Shown here piece by piece: positions 55,776 to 64,000 of a DNA stretch of 64,000 nucleotides. How positions within the stretch are numbered: the stretch's first letter is position 1; each line of letters opens with the position of its first letter. This DNA is from Octopus bimaculoides (Eukaryota). Below the pieces are notes generated by a model that did no database searches, was not told where the DNA came from, and saw nothing but the letters and a program-made list of their open reading frames with translations. The position numbers were made by a program, and so were the translations under genes. The stretch is from assembly GCF_001194135.2 (NCBI RefSeq), contig NC_068983.1, positions 27,590,944-27,654,943 of the forward strand. Reading direction: 5' to 3'.

Positions 55776-58061
55776 CATACTTACATTCATACGCACATTC
55801 ATACGCACACACACGTGCGTGGGGACACACATATACACACGCATGTATATGTGTATGTATGTATTCTGAGCTTAGTTGTATAACCGCCTTTTGCGCAGTA
55901 AACTTTTGTAACACAGTCACCAAAATACCTAGCTATGCAACGCAATAACATATAGTAAATATTCAATCAATAACTATTCCATGATATTATATATCTGAGA
56001 TCCGGTCTTATCCTAGTATCCGCAAGAGGTTAGAAAACGAATAATTGGCTCTATAAGGGATCAGGTCTTCTGGTACAGGCCATAGTACTGCATTTACATA
56101 TTGGCCAGTTACGAGCAATTTCACTTCTATAGAAGATATCACCGTGACTCGGTAATTTCTCCTCCCTTTTGGATACACTTTTTTGTTTTCTTATTGTAAG
56201 ATACAAAACCGTAATGTAATAAATATTGAAAATTGGTTCAAAAATATAGATATGACTTTCGTTCTGGCTCCGAGGTGTGATATTACAATTTTGTTTCACA
56301 GCATTATAGTTCATGCATAGACCCACTTTCACTGTTCTGAGCATTTGTAATTGTATATTAAATTGTTATATTTACTTTTCAAAACATTATATTGATACAA
56401 ATGTACTTATACCGCAAATTTTAAATTTGGTTAGTATATTTATATTGCTGTGACTTGTTTAAATACATTAATAAAATAATGTTGTTGTTTTTTTTAACAA
56501 CTGTATAAACCCAAACGCTCTCAACATTACTGTGAACGCTTGTGAGGTTGAGACACTTGAGCAGCCATGTGCGTTTCCATGACGCAATACTTTGGTCAAT
56601 GGCATCTTAAGAATTTTTTGGTCAATGACCCCGCTTCTCCAATCTTCTCTATTTCCATGGTTTGTAAAATGTAATGTAATTAGCGATACGGTGAATTCGT
56701 GATCTGAGATTAAGCTATTTTTACATTGTATTGTTTTGTATTAAATTGATACTAGTGTCACGAGGCCGTGATGTTAGCTTTAGCTGCTATTCTTCATATC
56801 ACTGTAGTATAAGAACAGAAGTGGGGAACCTGCGGCCTTCTGAAAGAAATGCGTTTGAGGAGAAAAAAATTGTACTGAAATTTATTTTCATTGGTTCAAT
56901 TATGTTTAAAGTGAAACTTTCCAACTAATTGTTAACTTCAAAAATATGCATTTATATTTTTATTTACACTTGTAATTACTGAGCGGAGAGAGAATGCATG
57001 TTCTTGTTTTGTCGATGGTAATGTTATCAGACTGCATGTTAACTTCTCAATCAAACTAACAAATGATCTCTTGTGATGTATTTCACTCTTCCATCAAATT
57101 TTGATTTCAAAATGCAAAGATGCCAGGCAGATAGTGTGGTGTGTGTTTAATCAAATATTCCCTGTTTCTCAGTCATTCTTCATACACTAAAGAAACACTC
57201 TGCATGTATTAGTCAAGGTTTCCGCATTTTATTTACTGAACTACGGATTTCCAAGTGCCTTTTACAATACATGCTTATATTAATGATTGTACAAAACAAA
57301 ACAAAACAAAAAGATGCATTTCTATTTGATGGTCAGTCTGGTAAAGAAAAAGGAAGGCGAAAATAAGGAATTATTTCCAATATCTAAAATATTTTATAAT
57401 GGGACTCTCAAAATATAGTGAAGACAAATCATGGCTTGAAACGTACAAGGCCTGTATAGCTCTCTCATTATGTATCAGATGTCACAAAATATTTTGAAAA
57501 CTGTTTTCAAACACTCATTATAATCACGCATGCGAATGGAAAGAATAGATCAAATTGTGTGAATGAGGATAGTAACTAATTGTAGTTAGTGTTTCGCCTA
57601 GAATTTCAGTAATTCTGGAGGGAAATGCTATCATAGCTACGAAATAGAAATTATCCTTTGATAGACGAATAAAATTATTCGAAAGGAATTCCTCAGCTTT
57701 GCGACACCATGTCAATTGGATTGCACAATCCTTTACCAATGTTGTAATTGCTTAGTTAAGAAAATTTTGGCTAAATCTACTAAGACTCGTTATGCAGAGA
57801 TAGAAGAATTGTTCTCAGTTTTAAATTGGTAGGAAAGGTAAGTGGAGAGTAGTCTAAAAAACGAGGCAAATATACAAAAATCTACAATTGTTAATTATGC
57901 ATTACATAATCTAAATCTTATTGCAAATGACCGTAATGCATTTCCTAAACTAAAGATTTCGATTGGCAGTCAGTTATCGTTAATGTTTTCCGTGTCCAAA
58001 CAGAAGATTTCATTTTCTAAGGTAACCGTGCAACGTGAAATGATTTTGAATCTAAGATACA

Positions 58062-58275
58062 AATGGCAGCAAGCAGAATCGTTAGCACATCAGACAAAAT
58101 GCTTTGCGGTATTTCGTCCGTCTTTACGTTTTAAATTTAAATTTTGCCGAGGTTGACTATGCCTTGCTTCCTTTCGGTGTCGATAAAACAAGCACCAGTT
58201 GAACACTGAGATCGCAGTAATCGACTTACCCCATACCCTAAAATTGCTGGAGTTGTGCCAAAAATTTGAAATCAT
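58062..58275 (+). mobile_element. SINE family C, full length
   Basis: aaggcagcaagcagaatcgttagcac-like head, then gtatttcgtccgtctttacg...gaggttgactatgccttgcttcctttcggtgtcgataaaa..caccagttgaacactg. Confidence 0.85.
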
Positions 58276-59191
58276 TGCAAGATACAAAAGTAACAGTAAT
58301 GGAGTTGTTTTTTCGAACAACTTTGAAAAGCTTTTTGTCAGTTATGTATAATTCTCATAGAAGCTTCGGGTAAAATACGCCAAGAAGCACATCAGTTGAA
58401 AGTTGTTTCTACGATAACAGCTTTTCTCGTTTGTCTGGTTTATAGTATTAACCTATTCAACACAATGGGAATCGGTACCAGAAATTCTCTAGGATGTTCA
58501 ACTTCATACAGTAAAATGCATAATGATGTCTAGGAGCTCTTAAATATAATTCATGAACAAAAACAAATAGCAGGCTAAACAATTCGAGTTTTTCAGTCTA
58601 CCTTATCATTTAAAAATCTTTTTTTGCTGCTGAACATTAACAATCGCCTAGCTTTTATTCCCTTTGCTTTGTTTTTATTATTGTTAGAATGACAAAGCTT
58701 AAAGATAGAAAAATTCATGAATCTGACTGCAAAGGTAATTAAAGTGTATTACACTGGAACTTTAGATAGCAAGGTAGTCACTTGATTTCAAATCTGGTCA
58801 AAAATGAAGAAACAAAGTTAGGTACGTGAAGGATTAAATCGTCGTTCAAGTTAACAATAACAGATAAGTGTTCATCTGAATTGTGCATGATGACCTTTCG
58901 TTTAATAAAAGTTGCTTTTGAGACTCACTAAAAAGACAATAACTGATTGATTTGGTCAAAACCAAAACAATTGCTTGCAGTTTTATTTCTTAATGTTAGA
59001 AACAGAAAAACTGAAAGTATACAGAAGACATAAGCATTTGCTTCCCTCGAAATTTATCGTGATTTTTACGATTCTCATAAGAACTTGCGAGAATTGAGCA
59101 TATTAATCAAGGAAAAGCCGTGGAGTACTGTGTAGGCAATGTTACACTTACTATTGATTATAATATTCTTGTCACTTATACTCGAGTCTGT

Positions 59192-59497
59192 GAAGGCGCT
59201 ATGGCCTAGTGGTTAGGGCATTGGACTCGCGGTCAGAGGTTCGCGGTTTCGATTCCCAGACCGGGCGTTGTGTGTGTTTATTGAGCGAAAATACCTAAAG
59301 CTCTACGAGGTTCCGGCAGGTGGGTAGCGACCCATTTTGTACTCTTCCGCCCCAACTTTCTCTTTCTTCTTGTTTCTTGAGTAAAGCTGCGATGGACTGG
59401 CGTCCCGTCCAGCTGGTGGGGTGACACATACGCCATAGAAACCGGGAAACCGGAGCCCATGAGCCTGGTGAGGCTTTAAAAGGGCGCATAAATAATA
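59192..59497 (+). mobile_element. tRNA-derived SINE with the family A head and an alternative 3' module
   Basis: The head matches 5580 (A-box TGGCCTAGTGG, ggtttcgattcccagacc). After ~59370 it switches to gctgcgatggactggcgtcccgtccag...ccatagaaaccgggaaacc. Confidence 0.88.
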
Positions 59498-60961
59498 AAA
59501 TATACTCCAGTATCACTAACTTATCGGAAAGTTTCACCACCGTTTTATGACCCAGCCAATATTTTTGTGTCCAAAAACGGTGTCATCCTTTTAAAATCAT
59601 ATCTAATTCAGGCTTTCGGAATTCTAGCCATATTGTGTTAATATTACGTTATATATTATTTTAACCAATAATCAGCAAGCATATGACTATAATTATGATA
59701 TTCATTATATTTTTTTCCAGTTATATTCTTTTTGGAACGTTAGATTGTAATTCTAAAGCGTTCATGTAATTTAACGTATCTCGAATCTATTCCGCTATTT
59801 ACTTTGGTATAACACAAGAAATTTAACTCAAGATATCACATACAAAATGGATGTGCAGCGTTATTTACACTTGAAAATAAAACATCATTATACAGATAAT
59901 TTGCAACACTGGTTTTCGAATAAAATGTGAGATGACATTATATACAAGGTGACATTGTACACTAGTAAATACGGTGGAATATCACTTATATTTAATCTAC
60001 AGGTTTCCCATTTGTTTCAGTTAGACGGTTTTTTGTTGTTGTTTGTGTTGTTGTTGTTTCCAAAACGTCTAACGCAACTTTTATTTTATTTTTCAACAAC
60101 GGTGGTACCTCAGCATAACCACAGCTTTAAAGCTAAAATAATTTAAAGACTTAAAGAATAAACCTTGTTTGTAATTTAAAATTCATTAAACCTAATTGTA
60201 GTATATTAAATCTAATTTAAACTATAGTTAGCCGAAAAATTTTATCACTGGGATTAAATTTTCGAGAAAATCACTCAGATATACACATCATATACATATC
60301 GATGACTATATTAGTCATGTTATCATAGTACCAAATATGAGTGTAACTTGCTATATACAATTGCGAGTAATATGATTATGAGAGACTAATAACGATGATT
60401 CAGTCTATGGATAAATATCATTGTGATATGCTGATAGTAATTTTTTAAATTTTGCTTACAAAATAAAAGTATTTATGATATCATATTAAATAAAGAATAT
60501 CGATGCACTACGATCATTTTAAGTGAACTCAAATTATATTTTGGATAAACAGAATGTTTTCAATTAATTATGAAATTTAGTAGGAAGTTTGCAACGAACA
60601 TCATATTTTGAGCAAGATTATTGATCACGAATTCTTAAATAATATATTTTTATAATGATTTATCTTAAGAAAGTGTTATCGAAATAGTACTCTCATAAGG
60701 TTTAAGAAAAAAACATGTCATTGGTCAAATTCCAAAACCTTCTCTAAGCGGAGGGGTGAGTTTACAACACATCCAGATACCACAGCTGTAGAATGTCCTT
60801 TGATTCACCGCCTCCTGCCTTCAATAAAACGTATTTGCTTACGGTAATTATAATTTCCCACACCGACTGAAATATTTCAGCGAACGCCCCTGGTTCATCA
60901 TGTAACATAGACATGATGTTTTACACAGACACACACACAAACACATACACGTAAACACTCA

Positions 60962-61007
<46 letters not shown>

Positions 61008-61372
61008 NNNNNNNNNNNNNNNNNNNNNNNNNNNNNNNNNNNNNNNNNNNNNNNNNNNNNNNNNNNNNNNNNNNNNNNNNNNNNNNNNNNNNNNNNNNNN
61101 NNNNNNNNNNNNNNNNNNNNNNNNNNNNNNNNNNNNNNNNNNNNNNNNNNNNNNNNNNNNNNNNNNNNNNNNNNNNNNNNNNNNNNNNNNNNNNNNNNNN
61201 NNNNNNNNNNNNNNNNNNNNNNNNNNNNNNNNNNNNNNNNNNNNNNNNNNNNNNNNNNNNNNNNNNNNNNNNNNNNNNNNNNNNNNNNNNNNNNNNNNNN
61301 NNNNNNNNNNNNNNNNNNNNNNNNNNNNNNNNNNNNNNNNNNNNNNNNNNNNNNNNNNNNNNNNNNNNNNNN

Positions 61373-61462
61373 TACTGCAAACCATAGAGAGCAGGAACTA
61401 ATTAATGTGACCTATATATATAGGTCACATTTATTAGTTCCTGCTCTCTATGGTTTGCAGTA
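61373..61462. repeat. 90-bp palindrome with no spacer (1 mismatch) at a contig edge
   Basis: tactgcaaaccatagagagcaggaactaattaatgtgacctatat|atataggtcacatttattagttcctgctctctatggtttgcagta. Confidence 0.92.
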
Positions 61463-62189
61463 ATAATTAATTCCCTGTTGGTAGTATAATCTTTGTTTCT
61501 GTCTTTCATAGTCCAGATTAACCTACTTAAACTTGTTTGGAATGTATTATTTTCATCGCTAAATTAATTTGAGTGATTAGCCAATCTATTTTTTTTTCTT
61601 TTCTAAAAATTAGTGCAGTCACACCGTTGTAAAGATATTCATTTCTCGCAGATGTAACTTTGCATCTAAATATTACATTTCTAGTTTTACATTCATTATT
61701 AACGTAACAGGAGTCCCGTTTAGAACAATTGCACAGGTAATTTTTCATATTTCTCTCAGATTTGGTATTGCGTGCATGTTTGCAAAACTACAGTATAGTT
61801 CCATGCTTGTGTGTGTAAATATATACGCATGTTTTTTATGTATACGTATGGAGAGATGAATATAATGTTTACGGTTATATATACATATATATATATATAT
61901 ATAATACAAATAATATGTGAGCATATGCATATATATGCACATGTATGTACATACCTATATCTACATGTATATATAGATACATATCTGGGTACAGGACGTC
62001 ACAAAAAACGTAGACAAAATGAAAAACAGAACATAAACAGAGCACAGAAAACAAACAGGCCACATACAGAATATTTCCTTCATCAGCTGCCCCTATTCTA
62101 AACTAAGCGTTACGAAGAGTTAGGGCAGGACGCATTGTTAGAATAGTTATATATATACTTAGATACGTTTTGGCCCAGATTATGTCTGA

Positions 62190-62860
62190 CGAAATATTAC
62201 CATCTGGAAATGACATTTAAAGATGTTTCCTATTAGACAGTCTTTGACAATCGTACCCTATTAGAGAATTGTTGTTGGAAGGGGTATATATGGGGGTAGG
62301 TGGCTTATCTAGAATTCGATGGATGTATTTGTTAAGGAACCTCTTAAAAGTTAGGGGTTAGTTTTTTTCTAAAAATGGTCTTACTATGGTATTAAAGAAA
62401 GCAGTACTAGTTGAGGTGAAATATTTGTGTTTTGTGCTTTGATATGTCGTGAACATGACTTTTGTAGAGGACGGATAGCACGGGGTCCAAGCGTCGCATT
62501 GATTTTAAAGTGGATGCTAACATCATTTGCGCAGTGCTGCTGGAATATTTACCACATTGTACAAATAATATTGCACTCAGAGCAACGTTGGAGGGAATAA
62601 ACATTAAGTTTCTCGAGACGGTCCTAGTTATCAAGACTTGTCATGCCGTCTATTTTCCCTGTGATTGATCTCTGGAGTGCTTCAATGTTTATGATATTCT
62701 GTTTAGGTAGGAAGACCAAAGCGGACAACAGTATTCAAGATGAAAAAGGGCGAAGGTGGAAAAGTGAATGAAGGATAATGTTAGGAGCTTTTCTAAACCG
62801 AAAAGTTCTAAGGGTTCAGGAGCAGCCCTTGCGTACTATGTCGAAATCTAGTCGTTTATG
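62190..62860 (-). mobile_element. CR1-like LINE ORF2 C-terminal fragment
   Basis: Translation HLEYCCPLWSSY..IEALQRSITGKIDGM..DRLEKLNVYSLQR..LGPRAIRP, the typical post-RT motifs of CR1-group elements. Confidence 0.85.
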
Positions 62861-63113
62861 TGTGCTCTTCAGCTTAAGTTGTTGAACCCTATTGAACCCT
62901 TCGCCAGAAATCCTAAATGGATTAACCGACGTCTCGACGCTTGTTCAATGGAAAGAATTAACTGCATTGCTGATGCCCTGTAGTGTCACAAACTATTTCT
63001 GGCATTTTTACTTCGCAGATGCCGGAGAAAATATACTCGTTCTGCTCCTCCACCATGGTGTTCTTTTCATTTTTCGATTTATTATTTTCATCATCGTCAT
63101 TATTATTATTATT

Positions 63114-63442
63114 TTATGTTTGACTTTTGTTTTGCATTTGTACAAGTTGGATCCAAGTCTCACCCAGAGACCTCAAGAGACAACAAGTTAGAAGTTCATG
63201 TAGGTGTTATGCCTAGGGTACCATATATTTGGATTTGTACATACCATATATTTGGATTTGTACATACCATATATTTGGATTTGTACATACCATATATTTG
63301 GATTTGTACATTTGGATTTGTAGTAGAGAATGTTTAAGAAACCATAAGAAAATTGTGTTTGTTTTAAAATTTGAGATCACATAGACAGTAGGATATGGGC
63401 AGTTCCCATGAGCACTATCTTTTGAATTGTCTTATCTTTCAC
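63114..63442 (-). mobile_element. 5'-truncated R4/Dong-like element between (TAA)n arrays
   Basis: ORF end KTIQKIVLMGTAHILLSM* and a 3' UTR ending ..caaaagtcaaacat(aat)n. (TAA)n is present on both sides. Confidence 0.8.
63221..63322. repeat. 23-bp tandem repeat (4 copies plus a partial)
   Basis: Unit ccatatatttggatttgtacata starts at 63221, 63244, 63267 and 63290. Confidence 0.95.
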
Positions 63443-63457
63443 TATTATTATTATTAC

Positions 63458-63545
<88 letters not shown>

Positions 63546-64000
63546 TTTATTAATGATGTTACCGTAGGTGATGATGTTATTTCTCTGTTTATCACGCTTG
63601 TTATTATTATTAGCTTATATCCGGTCTTATTTCTCTAAGGGATGTCAATTTACAAACTTTATTGAAAGTTGTAACCGCATGCATAACGATTTCCTCAGCT
63701 ATTCACTCAGCTGTATGCTATAAGTATTAAGACATATACACACACACGCAAGCACACATACACAAAGACGCACACAAAGCACACACACACACATGCACAC
63801 ACACAGACACATACACACATACACGCGGAGAACTTCGTTATAATGAAGGTAACATTTTGGCAAACAAATGAAAACATACGAATAGTTTTCTTTTACGTAT
63901 ACACACGTGCAAATAAATTAACTCTAGCGCATCCATCCAGTACATGTTTTTCTTTCTGTAAACCAAACGCCCACATGTGTATATGTAATGGTATATATAT

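Noticed and set aside
57524-57755. Protein-like minus-strand ORF (..WCRKAEEFLSNNFIRLSKDNFYF..)
   Set aside because: No recognisable motif or convincing splice sites; length is within chance expectation.
62040-62150. CUGAUGA near the CR1 3' region suggesting a type II hammerhead
   Set aside because: GAAA is mutated and helix I cannot form.
63221-63322. Regular short repeats resembling a CRISPR array
   Set aside because: Head-to-tail units without spacers, eukaryotic context and no cas genes.

Overview
AT-rich, repeat-dominated animal genomic DNA with many N-gaps, mostly next to microsatellites. The SINE and LINE families look cephalopod (octopus-like); this is an inference. No host protein-coding gene could be identified with confidence, and almost all listed ORFs are microsatellite or N-run artefacts. 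Supported content: three abundant SINE families (>30 copies or fragments), degenerate Tc1/mariner-superfamily DNA transposons (a mariner with two 5' ends, a mariner MITE, two DD37D/maT remnants), a near full-length Penelope-like RT+GIY-YIG remnant, R4/Dong-like pieces at (TAA)n arrays, L1/Tx1-like and CR1-like LINE 3' fragments, and a long-hairpin repeat family. The most interesting signal is two minus-strand type I hammerhead ribozyme motifs (16636-16699, 41508-41587) with a 2-bp helix III capped by a palindrome and an unusually long helix II, plus several decayed relatives. All alignments and folds were done by eye.
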